From: the human T2T-CHM13v2.0 reference genome, Homo sapiens
Length of the DNA stretch: 64,000 bases
Direction: 5' to 3' (one strand)
Assembly: GCF_009914755.1 (NCBI RefSeq)
Contig: NC_060941.1
Shown here one piece after another: positions 43,831 through 58,489 of this stretch (positions are counted from its first letter, which is position 1; each line of letters opens with the position of its first letter). Below the pieces are notes generated by a model. That model was given only the letters and a program-made list of their open reading frames with translations, made no database searches and was not told where the DNA came from. The position numbers and the translations under genes were made by a program.

Positions 43831-45370
43831 AACAGGTGTAAAAAACCACAAAAGTACCCCATTTCCCCTTGCAAATGTATTGTTCTGAAGCTAGACTGAT
43901 GTTGAAATACTCGAGGTCAACCTAAAATGATACTGTTTTACTGATGCCTTCACTTTTAGTATATTTTCCTTAGATTTCACAAGAGGTAAAAACATCTACT
44001 ATAGACGTGTTACACCTTTTGAGGTTGCTTGTAGTCTTCATATCTGGTGTGTGTGTGTGTGTGGCTGGGACAGTGGAACACGATGGAAAGACTGAAAATG
44101 ATACAATTCCAAAAAGCTGTTTTTACAGTGTGAAGCCTAGCCTCAGAGTAAAATCCCAATACTATCACGCAAAAAATTACTAGGTTTGCACCAAGTATGA
44201 ATAGGTTGGAAAACTAAAAAGGCCTATGAGGCCCTATAAGAACCACCTTATTAGTGTTTAATAAAGATAAAGTACAACAGAAATAAAATGCAGGAAATCA
44301 TTGAATGTCTGTCTTTCAGGAACAGAGCCTTTCTCCCTAAAGATCCTTTCTCAGTCTCACGGACACAGTTTATCTGTATATATTATGAACCTTCAAGATT
44401 TGAGCTTACTATAATAATTAAAGGTAAGTGCAGAAAAGTCTTTACAGCAGGCTCCCTCATACATTGTTGGTCATATACTTCTTAAGCCAAGTTGTGTAAA
44501 CCATCAAACTAAACATTCTCAACGATGTAGACCAGTTGGCACTAAACTTAAAGCAACATTATGAATCACTAACTAGCACATGCCATTTTCATCTTGCTCA
44601 CGGGTCAGTGTTACACTTCCGATGCATCTCTAGATGTAAATATCAATATAAATATCAAGCTGTTCCAGTCCAACTGTAAGAGAGCCCTCTCCTATGTAGC
44701 CATACATTAACATATGAGAATATAAGATGTGTTGAGGAAAAAGTATCAAAGGATTGAGAAATCTACGTAAATTTTAAAAAGAATTAAAAGAAGACCAGGC
44801 TATATTTAATGTCATCAAAGATAATTCTAGTGCATTGGCATTATTTTTTCACGTGCCTTTTCTTTCTTTTCCCCTTGACTGATTCTCTCCTAACTAGTTT
44901 TAAGCAATTTTATAGAATAATCTGCGTATAAGGCACACATTTTAGTCCAGTTCAGTTTTACAAATTTATAAAGCTAACCACCTACACAATCAAATATAGA
45001 ATATTCCCTTCACCTACACATTTATTGCACGACCTTTGCCAATGAATTCCCTTCAACCCCAGAAAAGTTCAATGCATTTTGTCTTTATATAATTTCAAAT
45101 TTTATTTACGTGGAAGCATACAATATTTATTATTTAGTATCTGCCTTCTTTCCTCTAGTATATGATAAAAATTCACTTTTTTTTTTTTTGTACAAAGGAA
45201 TGACAATCCTTCAATTGTAAAAACTAAACAACATGCCACCCAACTAATCACATTCCTTAGGGTATATTTCTGAAATATAAGATACATTTTTTAAAAGAAC
45301 TTTATTAAAACTCAGGGCTGTTAAAAGTATATATACAAATACAACACTAAAAAATAAAGTTAGGTTTCCA

Positions 45371-46154
<784 letters not shown>

Positions 46155-46160
<6 letters not shown>

Positions 46161-47310
46161 TCTACCCCAAACCTTTGTCCCCCACCATTATTTCCCTACT
46201 TTCTTTTCCAAACGGCCTTTGGCCCCCTCCCTCTCACCACCCTTTTTCTTTCACCATCTGCCCCCAAACTTCATCATTTTTTGCCCACCCTCATTTCACA
46301 AAGCCGCCTCTACTCTCCTGCTCAACACCCTTTTCCCCATCCATCTACCCAAACCCTTTCCCCAGTTTCTTCCCACCCTCTTTTCCCCTTATCCCTGGCC
46401 ACCCTTTTTCCCCGTCCCGCTCTCATCACCCTCTTTTGCTCCTTTATCTAAGCAAAAACATTTTCCCCAGTCTTTTCCCAAAACACTCTCCACTCCTGCT
46501 GCTCACTACCCTCTTTCCCTGCTTCATCCAACCAAAAACTGTTTTCTTCGTCTTTCCCCGTTCCTCGCCATTCTCTTTCCCTTCTCCATCTACCCAAAAA
46601 CATTTCCCTCCGTCTTTTCACAAAGCCGCCTCCCCACGCCTATTCACCTCCCTCTTTCCCCCTCCATCTACACCCCAAAACTTTCCCCACCATCTTTTCA
46701 AAGTCTCCCCCCTTTACCACTAGTGCTCTTTTTTCCCCTCCCTCTACCCCAAACTATTTTTCCGTTGTTTTCCCAACCCCCATCCCTGCTACCTCTCGCC
46801 ACCCTCTTTCCTCCTATGCATCACCCTCTTTCCCCCCTCCATCTATCAAAACACTTTTCACCCACCGTCTTTTCACAAAACCTTGTCTTCCTCCTGTTGG
46901 CTACCCTCTTTTTCCTTCTCCCACTTGCTACCCTCTTTTGCTCAACCCAAAAACTTTCCCCCCTCACTGTATTTTCTCCCCACTATCTTTTCACAAAACC
47001 TTCTCTCCCTGCTGCTCGCCCCATTTTCCCCCATCACCTCCCTCTTTCCTCCGCCCACTTGCCACCCTCTTTTCCCCCTCCATCTACCCTTAAACTTTTT
47101 ACCCACCCTCTTTCTGCAAAACTTTCCTTCCCTCCCGCTCCCCACCCTGTTTTTACACCTCCATCTACCCAAAAACTTTTTTCCCCACCATCTTTTCGCT
47201 GCCATCTTTTTGCAACGTCTTCTCTGGCTAAGCTATCCTTTTTTCCCTTTGGCCCTAACTACCCTCTTTACTCCCCTCTATCTATCCCAAAAGTGTTTTC
47301 CTTCTCCTGC
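46155..47310 (+). repeat. Degenerate C/T-rich tandem repeat, ~80-100 bp period
   Basis: Motif ccatctacccaaaaac recurs about 13 times (e.g. 46341, 46586, 47161), with accctctttt motifs between. Confidence 0.85.
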
Positions 47311-47479
47311 CCGCTCCAGCCGCGCTGCTCTCTCCGTCACTGCCAACAACCGCAGTGAGGCGAGCCGCGCTCCCGCGGCTCCAGCCACCAGTATACGGCC
47401 ACCGACTCCTGATTCCTAGTCCTCTACGTTGGGCAGCAAGAACTCAACATGAAGATACAGGAACTTGAAAAAACGTGGT

Positions 47480-47752
47480 CCTGCTTCAGCATCATTTATA
47501 TACTGCGGTAATGCCCACGGAGGTTCCTGGACTGCATGTCTTGATTGGATGAGAAAAAAGCCTCCAGGCTTACTCTGATTGGACTTTATGATCATGTTCT
47601 GATTGGATGAGAGCAAGTCTTAACACAACCAATCACAGCATGAAAATAAAGTCCAATCAGAGTAGGCCTAGAGGTTTTTCTCTCATCCAATCAGAACATG
47701 TAGTCCAGGAACTGCATTTGCATAACCTCACATATAAAGCATGCTGAGGTGG
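47480..47752. promoter_or_regulatory. Candidate symmetric bidirectional promoter (6 CCAAT boxes, 2 TATA boxes, 1 octamer)
   Basis: ATTGG at 47544/47578/47602; CCAAT at 47629/47653/47687; TTTATATA 47495-47502; ATTTGCAT 47716-47723; CATATAAA 47731-47738. Confidence 0.65.
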
Positions 47753-47764
47753 CGTCAGGTCATT

Positions 47765-48071
47765 TCAGGCTCTTCTGTGTCGAGCGGAGGAGTAGCTCTG
47801 TGTCAAGCTTAGGGGACTGGAAGAGGCCGCAACCTTCCGCCTGCTGGAGGGTGGAGGATGGATGGAGCCTGGAGCCTAGGTCACTACCTTGCTGTGGTTG
47901 GTGGTGGCGATAGAGCAGTAGGAGAGCGGTCAGCAGCAGGAGGACTAGAAGGAAGAGGTACTGCCACATGCTGGAGGCTGGAACCTGTGCCACCATGGCT
48001 CGCCTCGCTGTGGTTGGTGGTAACGTCGGAGACTGCAGCTCAGCCACGGTGGTAGACATGTGATGGGGTAG
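47765..48071 (+). ncRNA. Putative first exon of a lncRNA
   Basis: Starts about 30 bp after the TATA and ends at consensus donor AG/GTGAGT (GT 48072). No transcript evidence available. Confidence 0.3.
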
Positions 48072-48079
48072 GTGAGTTT

Positions 48080-48670
48080 TCTGGGCCTGCCCTGTATGTC
48101 TCTGGGGGCAAGGGTTGGGTGTCCTATTGGGGTTCACCGCTAGAGGCTACCCTGCCTGTGGCAGTGGTCTGGTTTGGGGCACTCTCTGGGTTTGCATTGC
48201 TGGTGGTGGGGCAGGTTGCCTGGCTATCTGGGGTTATACTGCCCGTGGTGGCAGGGGTGGTCGGGGGAGGCAGATTGTGTACACTAGCTTGTATTGCTGG
48301 TGGCTGGGATAGGATTAGGGGTGCTATCTAATGCTGCACTGCCTGCGGCAGGGAGTGGGTTGGGTGGAGTTATCCGGGGCTACAATGCTGGCAGTGGGGG
48401 GTGGTTTAGGGGCGTTGTTGGGTGCTGCACTGTCTGTGACTGGGGGGTGCACCATTAGGAGCTGAACTGCCTGTGGCTGGGTCAGATTGTGGGCACTATT
48501 GGGTGGTATGCTCCCTGAAGTGTGTGTGGGGGGGCTTTTGTGGGGGGGATTGGGGTTACATTGCCTGAAACTGTAGGGAGTGTTGGATGTGCTATCCGGG
48601 GGCTACACTGCTAGTGGCAGGGGGCAGATTAGGGGTGCCATGGGGGCTACACTGCCAGCGGCATTGGCGA
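48080..48670. repeat. ACRO1-like G-rich satellite (~48-bp degenerate units)
   Basis: Repeating 'gggtgctatccgggggctacactgc...ggcagggggc..ttg' units, about 12 copies. Confidence 0.7.
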
Positions 48671-50149
48671 GCTGAGGAGGTGGCAGCGGCAGCGACAGCA
48701 GTGGCCTCCTTCTTCTCGTAGCTTCCAAGTAAGGGATCGTTTTCCTCTTCTCAGACTCCAGACTCTAGAAGGCGATTTTCTCTGCTCGAGCTGGATTGCA
48801 CGGTAGGGCCTCCACACCCACTGTGGTTTCTTGGTCTGCCCTCATGCTTTGTGTTGCGAAGACCACCTGGGACTACCGGGCAGGGAGTAGTATGCACCAT
48901 GGGGGAAGTGGGAGACAGGGCACTGTGGGTGGAGGTGTCAGGAATGGGAATCAGCCCTTGGGTGGGGAGGGCTGGCTGGGTCTGAGTTTCTCCTACTCAG
49001 GCTCCTGGAGGAGGGCAGCCTTGGTGGGCCCAGCAATTCCTGGCCAGCTGGACTTGGCCAGGGGCCGGTTTCAGTGAAGGCACTCGATCCCACCCCAGGC
49101 CCCAGTTCCTGGCCAGCTTTTGCCAGAAGGAGAGGTTGGACTTTGGAAGGTGGGTGTGAGTGCCTTCAATGAAACTGATCCCTGACACCCAGTCACCAGC
49201 ATAACGAGGTGAGGCTCTAATGGTTCCAATCCCTGAGTCCTGTTTTCGGCTTTTCTTGCTTTGCCTGCCCAGCTGCTCCAAGCCAGGCTGAAGGAGGAGA
49301 AGGAGTTGCCGCCTGTGGTACGGTCGAGCAGATGACGTGGCTCTGCAGCTTGCCTCATGCAGTTGGTGTTGGAGATGGAGACCACAGCTCGACTGGAGCG
49401 GTAGGAGGGCACCCACGGGGGCCTGGTGGTAGGATCCTGGTAGGGTGGGCTGGTACGTTGAGGATAACTGCTTGTATTGGCATCGGCGCTAGTGGTGGTA
49501 GCAGTAGGAAGTCTGGGGGCCGGGAAGGGGGAGTAGGAGCACTGCAGGGCCCACCCCGTTCTGGGGTGGGGAGGAACCTGTGGGTGCTGTAACGAAGGCC
49601 TCGGTGGCAGTGGTGGTGGTACACCTAGGACAAAGAGGAGTCCTCCCCCTTCTCCTGCAATCTCTGGAGTGTGCCCTCCTCCTGCTGGTGCCTGAGCTAG
49701 GCGTGAGTGGCAGCATTATCTCATTCTTAACAAAATTTAGAGGGTGACTATTTGTGTATCCTTTTGCTTGTTTTTTGTTGTGATACTCTTGGAGTTACTC
49801 AAATTTTATGAATCGAGGAGGGGATAAAAAGTGTCATATGATAGGCCTTCTAATTCCCACACCTGTTCTTTTTCCTTTCTTCCATTGTGTATTTTCTTCT
49901 CATTTTCTTGTTCCTCTTCATTTTCTTTTGCTACTACTATTTCATGTTTGTATTCTTGTTTCTCCTCCTGTTTTTGTATTTTTATGCCAAGCAATAGCCT
50001 TAACAAACCAAAACTGAGTTAAAAATAAAATACTTGTCACTGTTGTGTTTTTTAAATAACTGATCCCTTACTATGTTTTAGAGATGAGGAAAAAGAAATC
50101 AGTTGTATAATTAGTTACTTGAATAGCTATGCTTTCATAATTGTGTTAG

Positions 50150-50279
50150 CCCACTTATGCCTAGTGTTCCACGCTAAGCATGTGGAAATTATTTATATCT
50201 TACTGTTAAATGTCATCGACAAGGTCTGATTTTTCACTTACGCAAAAATTCAAAAATTGCAACCTCTGGCATAAATGGG
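50150..50279 (+). mobile_element. MER85 (piggyBac/PGBD3-family MITE)
   Basis: CCCACTTATGCCTAGTGTTCCA...AAGGTCTGATTTTTCAC...GCAACCTCTGGCATAAATGGG, with terminal inverted repeats. Confidence 0.9.
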
Positions 50280-51325
50280 CTAATGTGTTGTGTCATTCAA
50301 GGAATCAAAAAATGAAACATCACATAAAATATTGGTAGCAAAACAGCCATTTCATCTCTGTCACATATTTTTTTCTGGAGCTATCCAAGAGTCACAGGGG
50401 TAATAAGTTCTAATTTATGAGATGATTAAGTGAACCATATTCCCTTCATTTTTTTTTTCTGCCACCATTTTCAAGAGTATTGTCATCTGCATGGCAAAGG
50501 GTTCATCACCACATCTTTGCAAGAGGAAAAAGAAGAGGGGAGAATCGTGTATAATGTTGTAAGGCAAACATTCACAACCAAAAACAAGGTTTCATTAAGT
50601 TTCGCCTTTAAGAACCTGCAGTGTTTAGCCCTCTTTGATTCCTAGTATTATTACCTTTGGTATGAACTCTTTTATTAAACGGATCACTCTAGAAGTTTAT
50701 GCGTTTTGTACCATTTTTCAAGCCAACAGAAATGTGTAATGCCTATAATTCTGACACTTTAGTTATTTTTAAGGCTATGAACATGTAAGATACTGTTGGT
50801 ATATGGAAGAATATGTATAAATATCACTAGGTAGCTTATTTTGAAGAGATAGTATCTAAATTTTTGTCCAGAGTAGATTGGTTGCAGTTTCTTAGGTGTG
50901 TTTCTTAATGCTTTGCCTCAATGTTTTAAAGCATGTAGAAATTTGAATACAGTTTAACTGCGTATAGTTGTTTATAGATTTAATATTTCTAAAGACTAAA
51001 GACATCACAGCTCCCTTTAAGATTCAGTAATGTTAATAAAATTTTAGAAATATAGGGTTAGAATCCAACAAATTCGGAGGAAAATTGTTAAATTATATAG
51101 CTGTAGAGCAGGAATGAAACCCAGGTTCTAAGCTCTAAGGGGGCCATGAGGTACCATACAGGTGCATCAGTGACTGGGCATAGATTCAGCAAAATTACAG
51201 GATGGTTAAGAGAGTGAGTTGTGGAGCCCAACTCTATGTAACATGAATTTTTAAACTGCATGGTGCCTCAGTTTATCCATCTTTACAGTGGGGACTGTAG
51301 TAAGTTTTTCTTTTTCTGCTCAGTT

Positions 51326-51395
51326 GTCTGTCTTGTTGCCACTGTTCCCTAGTCTGCCTTGTTGCCACTGTTCCCTAGTCTGTCTTGTTGCCACT
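51326..51395 (+). repeat. 26-bp tandem repeat x2.7 at the start of a probable ERV internal fragment (~51300-52030)
   Basis: gtctgtcttgttgccactgttcccta repeated. Confidence 0.9.
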
Positions 51396-52030
51396 CAGTG
51401 CCCACATGAGAGGATCTAAGGTAATTTCTGACAGCCTGGGACTCCTTAAAGAAAAACAGAAGGTGCTACAAAACCCATTTTAGGAGAAACCTCTATTGTC
51501 CTCATGGAACCCCAAGAACTTCAGGCAGACAGGTCTCTCTCAAAATCTGAGGCTCTCCTCTGTTTTGTTTTGTGTTATCTGACCTTTTAGGTTTGGGTGG
51601 GCATCAGAAATCAGTCGGGGAGAGAGATCTAAAGAAAGTTGTGGATATGAAGATGTATTTATGGTAAGAAAAGTTATGATGGAAAGAAATGTTATATGAG
51701 AGAGGATCTTGTATGGCAAATTTTTGTCCTAAAGTAGAATGACTAATTATGAAAGAGGGAAATACAGGAAAAGTCAGAAAGTTCATGTCATAGATGGTCT
51801 GTGGAATTTGTGTTAGGGTTCATAAAATGAGAAAGAAAAACTTACCACTGCTAGATCTTTTCCTGTCTAGAAGTGTTGTGTATATGATGTATATATAAAG
51901 GAGCCCTAATTACTTGGCTTAGAAGAAAAGGAAGGCTCTTAAATATTTTGTCAGAAAAATAGAATCTCTAATGCCTTTTATTTCACATGACTTCAGTAAT
52001 CTTTGGGAAATGAAGACAGTGTTAAAATCA

Positions 52031-52156
52031 TTTTTTAGTAGAAACAGCGTTTCTCTGTATTGGTCAGGCTGGTCTCGAACTCCTGACCTCAGGTGATCCT
52101 CCCGCCTCGGCCTCCCAGAGTGGTGGGATTACAGGCATGAGCCACTGCACCCGGCC
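52031..52156 (-). mobile_element. Alu left arm only (AluS)
   Basis: Runs from the linker to the GGCC start. Confidence 0.9.
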
Positions 52157-52294
52157 TACAAATAGGTTAAATTATTTTATAAATTAGCTGTTGTTTGTTT
52201 TGCCTACTTTCAGACTTCCGGATTTTTTTTTAAGTATGAGGAATTTCAATTGTTATATTAATATAAAAGCTTAGATAAATAGCACAAACATGAA

Positions 52295-52578
52295 TTTTTT
52301 TTTTTGACAGAGTCTTGCTCTGTTGCCCAAGCTGGAGTGCAGTGGCACAATCTCAGCTCACTGCAACCTCCACTTCCCAGGTTCAAGCTATTCTCGTGCT
52401 CAGCCTCCCAAGCAGCTGGGATTACAGGCATATGACACCATGCCTGGCTAATTTTTGTATTTTTAGAGACAGAGTTTCGTCATGTTGTCCAGGCTGATCT
52501 CGAACTGGCCTCAAGTGATCTGCCCGCCTTGGTCTCCCAAAGTGTTGGGATTACAGGCGTGAGCCATCGCACTTGGCT
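52295..52578 (-). mobile_element. AluS
   Basis: Full dimer. Confidence 0.95.
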
Positions 52579-52675
52579 GACTGTATTCTTTATGAATTTT
52601 TTTTACATCAAAAAGCTCATTTGTAATATTTTCTGTATGTATTCATGCTATAAAATTTATTTTGTTTTATTTTAA

Positions 52676-52803
52676 CTTTTTAAAAATAGAGATGGGGTCT
52701 GATTGTTTTGCCCAGCCTGGTCTTGAATTCTGGGCTCAAGTAATTCTCCCACCGTGGCCTCCCAAAGTGCTGGGATTACAGGCATGAGCCACCATGCCCG
52801 GCC
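52676..52803 (-). mobile_element. FLAM/AluJ monomer
   Basis: 'tctgggctcaagtaattctccc'; single arm. Confidence 0.88.
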
Positions 52804-53402
52804 TATAAAATGTATTGTAAAGGAAAAGGCACATTTTTATTAAGCTGATAATCTTTACATAAATACTGAAGCATGGCATATTTCTTTATTTTACTTGGGC
52901 TATTTTATGTTGCATTAAGAAGAATTTTTTGTTTTTTCTTTTTACTATGCTTGTTTCTGGAATACTCCTTTCCTCCCTTATCTTCCAAACTCTGCTACAT
53001 CTAAATTTATCCTATTTTTCAAGGGTTTGATCACATATTACATCATCCAGGAAGTGTCTCTCCTGTTCCCTCTTCTCCAAAATGTATATTTTTTTTCTAG
53101 AAACTCTTGATCCTTTGCCTCTAGACCATAAGCCCTTTGTAGGCATGTCTGTATCTGAGTTTTTAAATTTCATTTCCTCTTTTCCCACTCCCAGAATAAC
53201 ACCTTGTGCCCGGGAGTAGCAGATACTTGTTGAATGCATAAAAGAGCTTTGCAGCTAGAGTTAGTGTGGATGCTGTAGAAGATGTCTGATACACATATGG
53301 CAGTTTGATGCTGAATAGTTTTTGGAAATTAAAAAACAGGTAGAAATTTCACCAATGTCGGTGACTAACATAGCTGTAATTAGTAAATTATCAAAATATT
53401 TC

Positions 53403-53686
53403 TTTTTTTTTCTTTTTTACAGAGAAAGTCTCTCTCTGTTGCCCAGGCTGGAGAGTAGTGGTGTGATCATAGTTCAGTGCAGCCTCCGAGTCCTGGGTTC
53501 ACACTGTCCTCCTGAGTAGCTGGGACTACAGGTGTGTGCCACCACACCTGGTCAATTTCTTTTATTTTGTAGAAACAGAGTCTCATTATGTTGCCCAGGC
53601 TGACCTCAAATTGCTGGGCTCAAGTGATCCTCCCACCTTGGCCTCCTGAAGTGCTGGGATTATAGGTGTGGGCCACTGAGCCCAGT
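53403..53686 (-). mobile_element. AluJ
   Basis: 'gtgtgatcatagttcagtgcagcc...gggctcaagtgatcctccc'. Confidence 0.92.
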
Positions 53687-53896
53687 TAAAAGCATTTCTT
53701 TAAAAAAGAAAAAAAATTCTGTTTATTGGGATTTGGGGGAGGAAGAGAAAGTAAATATGGGATTGGTTCATCCTAGACAGCACTCATGGTTCTAGATAAT
53801 ATTAGAATGCAATAATGTTTTAATTTATATATGCAGGAAATTTTGGAGTAGTTTCAATCCTAGGAAAAAACTGGGAGTTAGAAATATGGGAAGATT

Positions 53897-54305
<409 letters not shown>

Positions 54306-54480
54306 TTAAGTAGATTAGTCAGGAGTAAAGGAAAAGTCAAGATTCCCAACTTATTTGGATTTCTTTCCCCCATTACAGCGTACTCGAGGAACAAAATTTG
54401 GGCTGTTTGGCTGTTTTTATTCTTTGTTATACAGAAATAAACTGATATCAAAACCAAACATATTGAGGTTATATTTTTCT

Positions 54481-54778
<298 letters not shown>

Positions 54779-55546
54779 GAAGGTTACATTTTTCTAGGAA
54801 AATTCGACTCAGATTTATGATGAGAGTCACCTTTATGCTTATAGATTGCCCCTTTACCCCATACTTGGTTGAACTGACAGACATTCTTCTTGCCATTATC
54901 ACTGTCATACACTGTTCACATTCAGAGTAATTTGTTTTAGGCAATTCATTTCCCTTGGCAATAACAGAGATTTATGTAATTTTGAAAATGTTTAAGTAGT
55001 CATCATCATGACTTTGAGTTTCTGTTCAAAGATGTTTAACTTTGCATTACTTTTAAGATTTTTAAATTCATTTTTAATTAGAATAACTTTTATGTATTTG
55101 GAGGTATTTGGAATGAAATCAAAACTTATGCTATCTAGGAGTTATAACCTAAAATATGCAGAACGTTAATATACCTGATGTAGGAGTATATACATCCTGT
55201 TGAGGGGGTAGAAAGAAGTTACTTTATATTCACATAAAATCATTTTAATGCATGAAGGAGGATATGCTATTTTAAAATCTTATCTTTCACTAAGTATAAG
55301 TAATACATTATTTTTTATATATACTGAAATTGAAAGAACCGCTTCCTGGATGTAATCTACTGAGTTTGTTGCATATTCTTCCAGTTTTTTTTTCTGTTTG
55401 TATAATTTTCTGTATTATGGAATCATAATGTACTATTCTTTTGTATACTACTGTTCCAAGTTTGTCTATTTATTTCAGAGTTACCTCTATCAATCATTAA
55501 CAGCAACTTAATACCCCATTTCTAGTACATGAAAATACCATAATTT

Positions 55547-55834
55547 GCCAGCGGCACGGTGACTCACTCCTGTTGTCCCAGTACTTTGGGAGGCTGAGGT
55601 GGCTGGATCACCGGAGGTCAGGAGTTCAAGACCAGCCTGGCCAACATGGTGAAACCCCATTTCTACTAAAAATACAAAAATTAGCAAGGCATGGTGGCAT
55701 GTGCCTGTAATCGCAGCTACTTGGGAGGCTGAGGCAGGAGAATCACTTGAAACTGGGAGGAGGAGATTGCAGTGAGCCATGCCTCTGAACTCCAGCCTGG
55801 GTGACAGAGTGAGACTCTGTTTCAAACAAAAAAA
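55547..55834 (+). mobile_element. AluSx-like
   Basis: Full dimer; TSD gaaaataccataatttgc. Confidence 0.95.
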
Positions 55835-56300
55835 GAGAAAATACCATAATTTGCTTAATCAACTTATGGTCACTGGATTTTTTTTTTTTTGCCAGAAAAA
55901 CAAAGCTGTAAACAATTGTGTGTGTGTGTATGAATATTTATGCACATGTACATATGTATATGTATTTTGTGTACTTGTACAAACAGCTTTGTAGGATAGA
56001 TTCCTAGAAGTGGAGTTGCTGAAACCAACTCCACTTTTGATTTGAATTCAAATCAAAAGATGTGAATAATGTAGATATGGATAGATATTTATACATTTTC
56101 CTTCCAAAAGATTGTTGTACCAATTTGTAAAGCTACCAGTAGTATTCAGGTATGCCCCATACCCTGGCCAATACTAGATATTACAGTTCAAAACATTTTG
56201 ACAATTTAGGAACTGAAAAAATGTGATTCTGATTGGTGTTTTATCAATCACTGTTGATGATGAACTGTTTTTAATATGGAGAGAGTTGTATTTCTTTCTT

Positions 56301-56903
<603 letters not shown>

Positions 56904-57019
56904 ATATGTCTTTTATAAATTGTCTATTTTTGCTGTTTGTTTATTTTCTGATGGGGCTACTGGTTTTTAACAGGTTAAAAGTTCTCTACATATTCACTTT
57001 TTTTCTTTCTTTTTCTTTT

Positions 57020-57317
<298 letters not shown>

Positions 57318-57379
57318 CTTTATTCACTTTTTTCATACGTGTGCACATATCCCCCTAGCTATTCTTTTGTAATGTTATG

Positions 57380-57540
57380 TAGTCAGATAAATCCAAACCC
57401 AGCACTGTGCTGCTGTGGGAACTTGGGCACATTATTTAACCTCTGTACACCTTCATTTCCTTGTTTGTAAAATGGAGATAATATAAATAGCATTAGGCAT
57501 AGTGGATGGCACAAAGTAAGTAAATAATAAATGTTAGCTG
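57380..57540 (+). mobile_element. MIR fragment
   Basis: 'acttgggcacattatttaacctctgtacaccttcatttccttgtttgtaaaatggagataat'. Confidence 0.75.
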
Positions 57541-58489
57541 TGACTCATTAATTTATTGATGTGACTTTTGTGTTTTGTGCTCAAAGTAGACTTTCCTTGC
57601 TCCAAAATGTAAAATATTCATCTATCTACTAAACTAGAAAAACAAAGTGAGGAACATTATATGCCTCTATGTGTCTTTGCTTTAAAGATGAAAACGTATA
57701 CATTTTTGCTTGTATATCACAGGATATATGATACTTGGAAACATTGGTTGTCATAGTAAGAAGAATGAGTGAGAGGAAGACTTTTTAACTGCATGCGTTT
57801 TTGTATTTTTAAAACAAAGAAGTCCCCAGATTGTATTTAATACTTCAATGGTTTCTTTTTTTCCTTTTCCTTCTCTTTTTAAAACTTCTAATTCTTTGAT
57901 CCATCTGGAATTTACTTCTGGTATAAGAAGTGAGACATATTTTGGGGGATAAAATTGTGTGTGAATTCTACCCCAACTAGCTAGTTGTGTCAGCACCATT
58001 TAGTGAATAATCTGTTTTTTGCCCCACTATTAGAATTGCAGCTTTTGTCATTTACTAAATGTGTTTGGGACTATTTCTGATTGGTCTTGTTATTTTGGTC
58101 TCTTGTGTATTACCATACACTTTAAATTACTATCATTTTATAATTTTAATACAGATGGGGTTAGTTACCTGTTCATTACTCTTTTTTTTCAGACTTTGAC
58201 ATTTCTGGTCTATGTGTTCTTCTAGATGAACTTTAGAATCATTCTGTGACATTCAAAAAGAAATCATAGAGATTTTTATTGAATACTGAATATTGATTGG
58301 GAGTACTGAAATTGTAGGTGAAGTTTGGGGAAATTGACATCTTTATGTACTTACTGTCCTGTGTTCTAATAGATTTTTATGTCTCTCTGTAGATTTTCAA
58401 ACTTTGCTTCAAATAAGTCCTGTACAAATAAGTCTTGTATATTTCTTGTTTATTTATTTTAAAAAACATCAGACCCATGAATGGGAGTT

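Noticed and set aside
46219-47358. Longest ORF (379 aa, Pro/Leu/Phe/Ser-rich) and overlapping ORFs
   Set aside because: Artefact of a C/T-rich repeat strand with few stop codons; low complexity, non-ATG start, no domain.
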